DNA from: Candidatus Falkowbacteria bacterium
GTDB taxonomy: Bacteria > Patescibacteriota > Patescibacteriia > Patescibacteriales > UBA12075
Length of the DNA: 64,000 nt
Direction: 5' to 3'
Assembly: GCA_043801965.1 (NCBI GenBank)
Contig: JAZDLN010000051.1
Location: 19,720 to 83,719 of the forward strand
Position numbers and translations under genes: made by a program
Shown here: in pieces, positions 47,857 to 57,040 of the stretch
Position numbering within the stretch: position 1 is the first letter of the stretch
How the letters are laid out: each line of letters begins with the position of its first letter
Notes under the pieces: model-generated
What the model saw: only the letters and a program-made list of their open reading frames with translations
What the model was told of the DNA's origin: nothing
Databases searched by the model: none

Positions 47857-49020
47857 TTATAATAAACCTGATTTTATAGAATAACGAATTTTTTCCATCA
47901 TGTCAAGATAAAATTCCAAATTATTAAGCGTCGCGAGACGCTGTCCCAACGGCTCCCGGATCTTGAATAAATAATGCAGATAGGCTTTAGATAAATTCCT
48001 GAGCTCTGGTAATTTACTCTCCGCGTTAATAGGCGTAAAATCTTCCGCGAACTTTGAGTTGGTAATATTATCAGTTTTATAAAAATTATTGGATATTGGA
48101 CATTGCCTGCCCGGCAAGGCAGGGATATTGGATATTCCACGTTTTTTCCGCCAGGAAAAAATGCGGCCGTGCCTTCCTTCCCGCGTCGGTATCACGCAAT
48201 CGAACATATCGACTCCCCGCCTGACCGCTTCGACGATATTTTCCGGATAGCCGACGCCCATAAGATACCGGGGCTTGTCCTTCGGTATCTCCGGCACGAG
48301 ATAATCCAGTACTGCGTACATCTCGGCGGCCGATTCCCCGACCGAGAGGCCGCCGATATTATAGCCGTCGAATCCGATTCGAGCGAGATCGGAGAGGCTT
48401 TTTAATCTTAACGCCTTATCCAATCCCCCCTGGATAACAGAGTGGAGCAACGGCTTTTCCCCTTTTAATTTATCGTGATATTTTTTCGTTTTTCGCGCCC
48501 AGGCAGTGGTCAGCTCCACTGATTGTTCGATATATTTCCGTTCCGCCGGCAGAGCCACGCATTCGTCCAGGCAAACCGCGATATCGACGCCTAAGTCCGC
48601 CTGGATCTTAAGCGACTTTTCCGGCGTTAAATAGTATTCCCGGCCGTCGACGTAAGACTTAAAACGCACCCCGTCAGCTGTAAGTTTTACCAGGTTTTCG
48701 CCCGATCTTTTTTTCGTACCGGCCAAAGAGAAAACCTGAAAACCGCCCGAATCCGTAAGTATAGGCCTATCCCAATCCATGAATTTATGAAGCCCGCCCG
48801 CTTTTTTAACGAGCTTCTCGCCGGGCCTGAGCATCAAGTGATAAGTATTGGATAGGAGAATCTGGGCGCTCAAACGCCGCATCTCTTCGGTCGCCACCTG
48901 CTTGACCGACGCCTGTGTAGCGACCGGCATGAAAAATGGAGTCTTTATTTCCCCATGTGCTGTTTTAAGTACTCCTAAGCGCGCTTGAGATTTTCCGTAT
49001 TTTTTTAAAATTTTAAACAT
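47857..49020 (-). CDS. tgt: tRNA-guanine transglycosylase
   Basis: TPFFMPVAT, NTYHL, LTDSGGFQVFSL, IGGLSVGE, YLMGVG, DMFDCVIPTR. Confidence 0.96.
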   Translation of the reverse strand: MFKILKKYGKSQARLGVLKTAHGEIKTPFFMPVATQASVKQVATEEMRRLSAQILLSNTYHLMLRPGEKLVKKAGGLHKFMDWDRPILTDSGGFQVFSLAGTKKRSGENLVKLTADGVRFKSYVDGREYYLTPEKSLKIQADLGVDIAVCLDECVALPAERKYIEQSVELTTAWARKTKKYHDKLKGEKPLLHSVIQGGLDKALRLKSLSDLARIGFDGYNIGGLSVGESAAEMYAVLDYLVPEIPKDKPRYLMGVGYPENIVEAVRRGVDMFDCVIPTREGRHGRIFSWRKKRGISNIPALPGRQCPISNNFYKTDNITNSKFAEDFTPINAESKLPELRNLSKAYLHYLFKIREPLGQRLATLNNLEFYLDMMEKIRYSIKSGLL

Positions 49021-49031
49021 AAAACGTTAAA

Positions 49032-49059
49032 GTAGAGACGTAGCAATGCTACGTCTCTA
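49032..49059. repeat. GTAG REP palindrome (family C)
   Basis: gtagagacgtagca-a-tgctacgtctcta. Confidence 0.85.
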
Positions 49060-49087
49060 TGTATCGGGTATATTTCAATAAAATTTA

Positions 49088-51208
49088 TCATTCCACTACC
49101 CCCGCCCCCCTCGCGATATCGTCGTCCTCGAGCTTGGTGGTTTTGGCCGGAGTGGTAAAATCCAGCTCCGCTTCCGTTTCGCTGTCCCTGGCCTTAACGT
49201 TAGTACCGGGCAGGAGTACCATGATAGTATTCTTATCCTCCTCTCGCGGCGTGATTTTAAGGCTCCATTCGGCGCTCGAATCATAAACCGTAACGGGCAG
49301 GCGCCCGATATCCCAAACCACTTCATGGGTACCTTCCAAATACTTAACGGCGCCGGCGGTTGATCTTTCTTTGCCGTCCCAGCTTACGTAACTCGGGAGT
49401 TTGACCGATATCCTAAGATCCGAAAGTTCATGCAGGTTATTGTTGAGCTTCCAATAAACTTTATAGCTCGTGGTTTCCCCGGTTTTAGGCGGATGCGGCC
49501 CGGTGCCGACGGGAATATTGTCTTCGTTAAAATACCGCGCCGACTCCTCGAGTTTAAGATCGCTGTTTATCCTTATAAGAACCGTGTTGCTGCGATTATC
49601 GCTGTCTTCGGACTTCTCGGCCCCTTCTTCGATCTCCCCGACGCTGAATTGCGCGTAACTTTCCGCCTGGTATTTTTTACCCGGATCTATCGCGCCGACG
49701 TTAAGGATATCTATGGAAAAATCGATCGTGCCCTCGGCGTGCTTGGCGATCGCCTCCAGGGCGGGTATTTCTTCCTTGCTCCAGGTGATTGTGTTCCCCT
49801 TTTCTTTCCCCTTGTTTTCGTCTTTTAAGCTCGCCCAATCGAGGAAATCGCTGTCCAATACGGCCATGATCACGACGTCTTTCATGTCGGTCTCGCCGCT
49901 GTTCTTGTAGACGATCGAATAGTTCAGGGTTTGGCCGAAATCAGCCCCCTGGTTATCCCGGGCCCCGTTCACTATCATGGTCAGATTAAGATCGCTCTTC
50001 ATCACCTCGAAATTAAGCTTTGTCTCGTGGAATTTTATGTAACGTCCGGAAACTGAACCGGCGGTGGCGGTAGCGGTGGCGTTATCGACGATATTTTTTT
50101 CGAAGTAAACGACGATATCCTGCTTATCGGATTTTTTTTCAGTGAACTTTATCCTGATCGGCAATATTTTTTCTTCCGTTCCGAGGCCCTCGATCTCCCA
50201 GACCCCCGGTCTTATCATCTTGGCCGCCGCCAACTTTCCCTTATCCTCTTCCTTCGGAGCCGGAACGCCGATCTCGATATTTTCCTGCGGCTCGACCGTT
50301 AGGCGGAAATTGCCGATATAATTCTTTTCGTTCGGATTAAGCCTGATCGTGACCTCGTCCTCCTGCCCGATAAGGGCGCTCGCGATATAATCATAATCGA
50401 TCTCGATACCGATATCGTTTATCATGGTCGACGACGTGGTTTCTTTCCTGAATTCGGAGGAAAAATTTTCCGGCGAATACGTCAAGTCGGCGGTTATTAT
50501 CCCCCGGTCGTTCTCGAGCCCGACCATCATGCCCTTGATCTTTATCTTGCCCGTCTCCCGCGCTCCGACCGCTCCTATGTTCCACGATCCGATCTTATCG
50601 TTCTTTGCGTTGCCGCTTTCCGGATAGCTGTCCAGAAAGATGAAATTATCCGGAAATTTAGCTTCTATCCGGACGTTCCTGATATTGATATTGCTCGAGT
50701 TCTTATAATGGATCGAATAAAAAAATTCTTCTCCGACCGCCACTTCGCTTTTGCCTTCGATAGAAAATTCGACCGCGGTCGCGTCCGAACCGCCTCCTAA
50801 ATAAAAATACCGGTAAGCCCCGTAAGCCGCGCCGGCTATTCCTCCGGTCATAAAAATAAATAAAAAAAGCCAAAAAAAGAAGCCGCGGCGCTTCTTGATG
50901 TCCATTTTTTTAACGTCGATCATCTTGCCGTTATTATCTTCGTAAATTTCGTGCAGGCTCTCATCGATTTCCTCCTCCATTTCCCGGCTGATACCCTCTT
51001 CTCCGCCCTGGTCCCTTAAGGAGATCACTCCGTCCTGGCCGTAAGAATCACGGCTTCCGTACGCGGACTCTTCGACTAATTCCTCGAAACTCTCGACTTC
51101 CTCGTCGGTGGGCATCGGCCGCCGGATAAACTCCGCCAGCCCGGATTTTTTAGAATTTTTTATGACAATACTTTCGTCTAGATTGCTTTTGCTCCTGGGT
51201 TTTGCCAT
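49088..51208 (-). CDS. bitopic membrane protein with extracellular DUF11/Ig-like domains
   Basis: Acidic cytoplasmic N-terminus, KKRR + TM, repeated Y.I.YKN...V.I...L..W motifs. Confidence 0.75.
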   Translation of the reverse strand: MAKPRSKSNLDESIVIKNSKKSGLAEFIRRPMPTDEEVESFEELVEESAYGSRDSYGQDGVISLRDQGGEEGISREMEEEIDESLHEIYEDNNGKMIDVKKMDIKKRRGFFFWLFLFIFMTGGIAGAAYGAYRYFYLGGGSDATAVEFSIEGKSEVAVGEEFFYSIHYKNSSNINIRNVRIEAKFPDNFIFLDSYPESGNAKNDKIGSWNIGAVGARETGKIKIKGMMVGLENDRGIITADLTYSPENFSSEFRKETTSSTMINDIGIEIDYDYIASALIGQEDEVTIRLNPNEKNYIGNFRLTVEPQENIEIGVPAPKEEDKGKLAAAKMIRPGVWEIEGLGTEEKILPIRIKFTEKKSDKQDIVVYFEKNIVDNATATATAGSVSGRYIKFHETKLNFEVMKSDLNLTMIVNGARDNQGADFGQTLNYSIVYKNSGETDMKDVVIMAVLDSDFLDWASLKDENKGKEKGNTITWSKEEIPALEAIAKHAEGTIDFSIDILNVGAIDPGKKYQAESYAQFSVGEIEEGAEKSEDSDNRSNTVLIRINSDLKLEESARYFNEDNIPVGTGPHPPKTGETTSYKVYWKLNNNLHELSDLRISVKLPSYVSWDGKERSTAGAVKYLEGTHEVVWDIGRLPVTVYDSSAEWSLKITPREEDKNTIMVLLPGTNVKARDSETEAELDFTTPAKTTKLEDDDIARGAGVVE

Positions 51209-51245
51209 AGCTATATCGCTTAGGAATGTTAAAAATTTATTCTAA

Positions 51246-51776
51246 TCATAACCTGAAATCCGTCTCGTGCCTGGTATTCTTTATGATCTCGTCCGCCTTG
51301 ATCTTCGCTTCCTGCTCCAGAAAAAATTTATTGACACCGGGTACGAGCGAGAGCCATTTTCTGATAAGGTCGATGATCTTTTTTACCTTTACTTTTCCCC
51401 GGCCGATAAGCTCGTTTATTTTAGCGGCCGTTTCTTCGCCCACCAGCTTGAATTCCTTTTGTTTCTCCGGCGTCATCCCCGCGAAAATATCCCCCAGATC
51501 TTTTTCCAGAATAACCTCTATCTTTTTCTGGCGCGCTTTAAACGCCGGTGTCGCGCCTCCGTACGGACCCGCGCCTAATTGTCCTTCCCCCTCCCGGGTT
51601 TTAGCCACCATTTCCGCTATTTCCTGACGACGCTGGCTATCGGCGCCGCTTTCGGTTTCGGGCGTCGGTAAGGTTTCGATCTTTTTCTCTTCTTTTTTTT
51701 CGCTTATTTCCGCGCCGCCCCGGATTCGATCTTTAAAACCTTCGATTTTTCCGATTAAGCTGTTGTCTTCCGCCAT
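51246..51776 (-). CDS. hypothetical protein
   Basis: 176 aa ending IRKWL...PGVNKFFLEQEAKIKAD; co-oriented and tightly packed. Confidence 0.7.
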   Translation of the reverse strand: MAEDNSLIGKIEGFKDRIRGGAEISEKKEEKKIETLPTPETESGADSQRRQEIAEMVAKTREGEGQLGAGPYGGATPAFKARQKKIEVILEKDLGDIFAGMTPEKQKEFKLVGEETAAKINELIGRGKVKVKKIIDLIRKWLSLVPGVNKFFLEQEAKIKADEIIKNTRHETDFRL

Positions 51777-51941
51777 ATTTTATCTTTTTCTATCAAAAAT
51801 TCGATAGTTAATGCTTAAATATCCGCTTTTATCCCTAAAAATTATTATACCATATTTTCTAAAAAAATAAAACCCGCCATATTTTAAGATTACCCTAAAC
51901 CGTGTTATAATATAAACATAATAATTATCTAATAAATTAAT

Positions 51942-52880
51942 ATGCCAAAAACCGATAACATAAACGAGATCGAGGTCGCGGACCAGGACGGCAAAAAAAT
52001 ATCCTGGATCAATATCCGTAACGCCGGTAAAACCGAGCTGGATTGGCTCCGCAAAAAATTCGATTTTAAATTGTCGCATCTGTCGGCCTCGTCCGTCAAA
52101 GCCCTAACCCAAAGATCGATAATCGAAAAAACCGAAAATTATATTTTTATGATCCTGCATTTTCCGGTTTTCGCCGGCGATAAGGTGGTTACGGAAGAAA
52201 TAGACTTCTTCGTGGGCAAAGATTATCTGGTTACTTTACACAATAACAAAATCAAGCCTTTAAACGAATTATTCGGTTTTTATAAAAAAGAAAACGCCCC
52301 TAAAGACGGCGGCGTTATCGGTCTTCTGTGCCATATCCTGGAAAAACTGTCCGATATCCCCTTCGCGCTTTTGGACAAGAACGGTTCGGCGATAAACGAA
52401 TTGGAAGACATGATCTTCGACCACAAATCAAGAATGGCCGCTTCCCGCGTTTTGTCGTTAAGGCTTGGCATAATTAACGCTTGCGAGGCCCTGCAAAACC
52501 ATCAGCGCATAATAGATGTTCTTACTGAATACGCGGCCGAATTCCTTCCCGGCAATAAGGCGCGGGAATTGACCAGAAAGATACATAGGGACGCGAAGAC
52601 CATCTGGCTTAATCTCGAAAACCAAAGGGAGATCGTCGAAGTGCTTAACAGCACGAACGAATCGTTCATGAACTATCAAATCTCGAATATAATGAAAACC
52701 CTGACCATCTTCTCCGTGATCGTTTTTCCCTTAACCCTCTTAGCCGCCATATTCGGCATGAATACGGTTAACGGCATGCCGTTTATGGAAACAAAAAACG
52801 GCTTTTGGTCGATTATCGGTATAATGCTCTGCGGCAGTTTATTTATGGTGTTTTACTTCAAGGGAAAGAAGTGGCTGTAG
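51942..52880 (+). CDS. corA: CorA family Mg2+ transporter
   Basis: MKTLT...F.PLTL.A.IFGMN followed by a second TM. Confidence 0.93.
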   Translation: MPKTDNINEIEVADQDGKKISWINIRNAGKTELDWLRKKFDFKLSHLSASSVKALTQRSIIEKTENYIFMILHFPVFAGDKVVTEEIDFFVGKDYLVTLHNNKIKPLNELFGFYKKENAPKDGGVIGLLCHILEKLSDIPFALLDKNGSAINELEDMIFDHKSRMAASRVLSLRLGIINACEALQNHQRIIDVLTEYAAEFLPGNKARELTRKIHRDAKTIWLNLENQREIVEVLNSTNESFMNYQISNIMKTLTIFSVIVFPLTLLAAIFGMNTVNGMPFMETKNGFWSIIGIMLCGSLFMVFYFKGKKWL

Positions 52881-53015
52881 TGATTTCATATTTGATTAAC
52901 GTTGACCTTCGAAAATGAATGGAAAAATTAAAAAAAACGAGCGGGAAAAATCCGCTCTTTTTTGTTGCGCGACTGCACGAAGCTGGGTTCTCCGCTTAAT
53001 ACTAAATACTATATA

Positions 53016-54071
53016 CTAAATACTTTTCAAATACTCCCCAAACACACCCTCAATCTCCTTAAACGTATTAACGCGCACCAATTCTCTTCTTAACTCTTTC
53101 GCCCCGGATAGCCCGGCCGCGTAAGCGCAAAGCTGGCCGCGCATCTCTACTATCCCCCGCCCGCCTTTAAGGCCCTCGGCAAGCCGGGCGTGTTCTAAGG
53201 CGATTTTAAATACCGCCCGGGGAGAGCGCGCAAGGCTCTGTCCGGTGCGCACGGCCTTGAATATCCACGGCCGCCCCAAAGCGCCGCGCGCGATCCCGAC
53301 TCCGTCGGCTCCGGTTTCGGCTAATAATTCCTCAACACAACTTTTGACGTCAGCTCCCCTCGCCCGCGGCGCCGCGACACCCCTCCCCGTCCCTCCCCTA
53401 ATTAGGGGAGGGTGGCGAAGCGGAGCGGAGCTGGGAGGGGTAACGGTAACGCCAACCCCTCCATTCGCCAGAATCACGCCCCCGAAATGATCGCGGGCTT
53501 TTTTTATTATTCCTGTGTCGATCGTCCCGGCAAAACCCTGCTTTAGGGTCCGGCCGTGGATCATGATAGCGGAAATATTCAAGTCTTTAATAAATTCCAA
53601 AAAATCGATCAAACCGGTTCTGTTGACCCTGGTCCGGGTTTTGATCGAAACCGGCAAATTCGTGTTATCGATCGTGCTTTCGATTATCTTCCGCGCCAGC
53701 GGCATATTATCCATAAGTACCGCTCCCGCGCCCTGTTTGGCGACTTTCTTTACCGGACAGCCGAAGTTAATATCGATCCCGTCCGGACCGATCTTATCCG
53801 AAATTAGGCGCGCGGCCGCCGCGAAGTGATCCGGTTTCGCACCGAAAAGCTGGACTACGTACGGACGTTCTACCGGATCGAACTTAAGCATCCCTAAAGT
53901 TTTAACCGGATCATAAACCAGGGCAGTCGCGCTGGCCATCTCGGAATAAACGACGTCCGCGCCGAATTTTTTGCAAATCCGGCGCATGGCGCTGTCCGTA
54001 TAGCCCGCCATCGGCGCCAGGGCGTAGATCGGCCGTCCCCGTTTTTTTAATTTTTCCCAAAAATTACGCAT
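53016..54071 (-). CDS. dusB: tRNA-dihydrouridine synthase (DusB-like) with an in-frame repeat insertion
   Basis: LAPMAG.TD, VQLFG, IDINFGCP, GAGA.L, IHGRT, ANG, DGV.IARG..G.PWIF. Confidence 0.9.
   Translation of the reverse strand: MRNFWEKLKKRGRPIYALAPMAGYTDSAMRRICKKFGADVVYSEMASATALVYDPVKTLGMLKFDPVERPYVVQLFGAKPDHFAAAARLISDKIGPDGIDINFGCPVKKVAKQGAGAVLMDNMPLARKIIESTIDNTNLPVSIKTRTRVNRTGLIDFLEFIKDLNISAIMIHGRTLKQGFAGTIDTGIIKKARDHFGGVILANGGVGVTVTPPSSAPLRHPPLIRGGTGRGVAAPRARGADVKSCVEELLAETGADGVGIARGALGRPWIFKAVRTGQSLARSPRAVFKIALEHARLAEGLKGGRGIVEMRGQLCAYAAGLSGAKELRRELVRVNTFKEIEGVFGEYLKSI
53378..53442 (-). repeat. 65-bp intragenic palindromic element (family D) inside dusB
   Basis: Encodes TPPSSAPLRHPPLIRGGTGRGV. 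Confidence 0.92.
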
Positions 54072-54178
54072 AGTCTCAATTTAGCATGTTTGACAAAAAT
54101 TACAAGTCATGCTAACGTATTCTAATTATTAGTGGGTCTTTTAAAATTTTTTTAACCATAGTACGGGGAGGTTAAACA

Positions 54179-54784
54179 ATGAAAGCATTAAAAGTTCTGC
54201 TTTACGGATCCTGGATTGTGCTCTCACTAGCCGCCTGCTATTTACTGGCCACAAAATGGATGTTAAACAATGAGGGTTCCTATCGGATTAAGGAAAAAAT
54301 ATCCTATTTTACCGATCACCGTGAAGTTATATTAATGCCTGAATTTCCCTCGCCCGCCGGGCATAAATCGGAAATTTTCCTGGACGAAGCAAACTACGCG
54401 GATATAAAAAAATACGATCTGGCATTTTACAAAAAAAATTATGTGACTGACATATTATTCGATGATGACGAGCTCCAGATCAAATTCGCGAAATATGTTT
54501 ACAGGGAAAATCCCGGTTTTTACCAATGTTTTAATTTCGTTAAAACCATAAAACCGGTCGACCCTCCCGTTAAACTCAGTTTCTGGCGAGACTACAGGGT
54601 AAAAATATTGGCCGTTTCGATTAATGGAGATATTAGTGTCGAATTTATCCCCGAATTCAACAACTGGATCGGATTACTGGTAGTCGCGATAGTTTTCGTG
54701 ATCATGATCATGGGGTTTTACTTGATTGATGAAAAAATCGGTGGTAACCAAAAAAAGAAAGGAACAAAATGTGGAGAAATCTAA
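54179..54784 (+). CDS. hypothetical protein with N- and C-terminal TM helices
   Basis: GGGGAGG SD; 201 aa. Confidence 0.7.
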   Translation: MKALKVLLYGSWIVLSLAACYLLATKWMLNNEGSYRIKEKISYFTDHREVILMPEFPSPAGHKSEIFLDEANYADIKKYDLAFYKKNYVTDILFDDDELQIKFAKYVYRENPGFYQCFNFVKTIKPVDPPVKLSFWRDYRVKILAVSINGDISVEFIPEFNNWIGLLVVAIVFVIMIMGFYLIDEKIGGNQKKKGTKCGEI

Positions 54785-55205
54785 GATCGGGCCAATGCAA
54801 ATTATGCGGTTAGCTACGGTAATTCTGCTGTTATTCGGAGTCTTTTATTTTATAGGCTTTAAAGCGCGACAAGAGCCCTTTGGCTCGCACGATCTAATGC
54901 CGGGCGCTTACGCCGGAATAACGATCATGGGAATTCCCGAGGAAATAGCGGACTTGTCGCCGGCCATACCCCACGGGGTAGCCGTTATGACCGTGTCTCA
55001 TGGCTATCCAGCCGAAGAAAAAGGGATAATTCCGGGAGATATCATAACCTCTCTGGACGGAAATGCGCTTAAAAATATGCTCCAGTTCTTTGAAATTATG
55101 CACGGCAAAAAACCGGCAGACGAATTAAGCGTCGGTATTCTGCGCGGCACGGAAAAACTTTCCTTCGATCTTATATTGGCCGCGGACAGGCCAGAATCAA
55201 ACTAA
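54771..55205 (+). CDS. membrane-anchored PDZ-domain protein
   Basis: GV.V..V..G.PA...GI.PGDII..LDG; start codon uncertain (GTG 54771 assumed). Confidence 0.8.
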   Translation: MEKSKIGPMQIMRLATVILLLFGVFYFIGFKARQEPFGSHDLMPGAYAGITIMGIPEEIADLSPAIPHGVAVMTVSHGYPAEEKGIIPGDIITSLDGNALKNMLQFFEIMHGKKPADELSVGILRGTEKLSFDLILAADRPESN

Positions 55206-55218
55206 TCATAAAAACCGC

Positions 55219-55242
55219 AAAGCACCCAAACGGGTGCTTTTT
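55219..55242. terminator. bidirectional terminator
   Basis: aaagcaccc-aaac-gggtgcttt. Confidence 0.7.
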
Positions 55243-55288
55243 AATATATTCGGAAATTTAAAGAATATTTCTATAAGCTAAAAGCTAG

Positions 55289-56674
55289 CTACTTTTTAAA
55301 AACCCTCTGTCCGTCCGGCGTATCTTCGACCGTATAGCCTGATTTTTCAATCTCATCGCGCAGACGGTCGGATTCGGCCCAATTTTTTTCTTTTCTGGCT
55401 TCTCGCCTTTCTGTTCTTAATTTTTCTACCTCTGTCGGCATGATTTCTTCCAAGATTTCAGTTATATTAAAACCGAAAACTTCATCGAATTTATTGAATG
55501 TCTTTAATTTATCTTCATTGGCGAGTTGATCGGATTTCAACATTTCCTGAGTTACCGCAAGAGCTTTCGGTAAATTTAAATCATCATTAATGGATTCTCT
55601 GAAAAACTTTTCCGCCCCCTCTATAACGGCACCCTCGCTAACTCCCAGTCCCCTTACCTGATTATATAAATGCTCTAACCCATTTTTGGCGTTAAGCATT
55701 ATTTCTTCGCTATATTCCATCGGTTTGCGGTAATGGGTCTGTAGGCAGGCGAAACGATAAACTAAGGGGTCGATCCCCTTCTTTAAAAAAGCATTATCGA
55801 GAGTCAAAAAATTATCCGCGCTCTTGGCCATCTTCTTGCCCCCGGCGATATTCAAAAACGCGCCGTGCATCCAAAAATTAAAAAACTTTTTCCCCGTGGC
55901 CGCTTCCGATTGCGCAATCTCGTTCGTGTGATGCACATTGATGTGATCGATGCCGCCGCAATGGATATCAAGTTTATCTCCCAGTAAAGCCGCGCTCATG
56001 GCCGAGCATTCGATGTGCCAGCCGGGAAAACCGACGCCCCAGGGAGAATCCCATTCCATCTGGCGTTTGGCGTCATTCGGAGAGAATTTCCAGAGAGCGA
56101 AATCCGTCGGATTTCTCTTCTCGTCGTTTTTTTCCACTCTGGCGCCCTCCTTTAAGGTTTCAAGGTCAAGATGCGATAATTTATTGTAATCGGGGAATTT
56201 AGCCGTATCGAAATAAATCCCGTCGCTTGTCTTATAGGTAAACCCCCTTGATTCAAGAATTTTAATGAGATCGATCTGTTGAATTATGTATTCGGTCGCT
56301 TTAGGCATCTCGCCGGGCATGATAATATTCAGGCGCTTAAGATCTTCCAGGAAAGCCTTAGTATAAAATTCCGCGATCTCCCAAACGCTTTTCCCTTCCC
56401 GTCGCGCGCCTTTTTCAAGTTTATCCTCGCCCATGTCCATGTCGCCCGTCAGATGCCCGACGTCGGTAATATTCATGACATGGCTGACCTTATAACCGTT
56501 ATACGTCAAAACCCGCTTCAGGATATCTTCGAAAATATAAGCCCGCAGATTGCCGATATGCGCGTAATTGTAAACCGTCGGACCGCAGGTATAAAGACCG
56601 ATCTCGCCCGGTTTTATTGGCATGAACTTCTCTTTTTTGCGCGTGAGCGTATTGTATAAAAAAATTTCCTCCAT
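55289..56674 (-). CDS. cysS: cysteinyl-tRNA synthetase
   Basis: [33 protein letters not shown]. Confidence 0.97.
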   Translation of the reverse strand: MEEIFLYNTLTRKKEKFMPIKPGEIGLYTCGPTVYNYAHIGNLRAYIFEDILKRVLTYNGYKVSHVMNITDVGHLTGDMDMGEDKLEKGARREGKSVWEIAEFYTKAFLEDLKRLNIIMPGEMPKATEYIIQQIDLIKILESRGFTYKTSDGIYFDTAKFPDYNKLSHLDLETLKEGARVEKNDEKRNPTDFALWKFSPNDAKRQMEWDSPWGVGFPGWHIECSAMSAALLGDKLDIHCGGIDHINVHHTNEIAQSEAATGKKFFNFWMHGAFLNIAGGKKMAKSADNFLTLDNAFLKKGIDPLVYRFACLQTHYRKPMEYSEEIMLNAKNGLEHLYNQVRGLGVSEGAVIEGAEKFFRESINDDLNLPKALAVTQEMLKSDQLANEDKLKTFNKFDEVFGFNITEILEEIMPTEVEKLRTERREARKEKNWAESDRLRDEIEKSGYTVEDTPDGQRVFKK

Positions 56675-56675
56675 A

Positions 56676-56963
56676 TTAAACTTTGGTCTTTATGTCAACG
56701 CCGCTGAAACCGTAGAGACCGTGGATTGTTTCGCAGGCGGTGGCATAGGCTTTTTGCCCGTTATCGGCCAGCTGACCGGTACTGCGCCACTCCTCATCCC
56801 CCTCTTTTTTCACTTCGACCAGGCCGGTTTTGGAATTCCACTGGGTTTCAAAAAAAATCTCCTTACCCCGGATCATCGCCTTTATTTTCTCCAAAGGCCA
56901 TTTATTCCCGTTTTCGGATTGGTTTTTCCTTATGGCGCTCATAAGTTCGCCGTATTCTTTCAT
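56676..56963 (-). CDS. hypothetical protein
   Basis: 95 aa; stop codon abuts the cysS start. Confidence 0.55.
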   Translation of the reverse strand: MKEYGELMSAIRKNQSENGNKWPLEKIKAMIRGKEIFFETQWNSKTGLVEVKKEGDEEWRSTGQLADNGQKAYATACETIHGLYGFSGVDIKTKV

Positions 56964-57040
56964 ATTTTTTACTTAATAAATTAAGTGAATATTTAAATTT
57001 TACCCTAAGCCGGGTTTTTTTGCAATTATTTTCAGGCAAC

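Noticed and set aside
19954-49059. 28-bp GTAGAGACG palindromes as possible CRISPR repeats
   Set aside because: They are dispersed, variable in the centre, have no regular spacers, and no cas genes are present; they fit REP elements.
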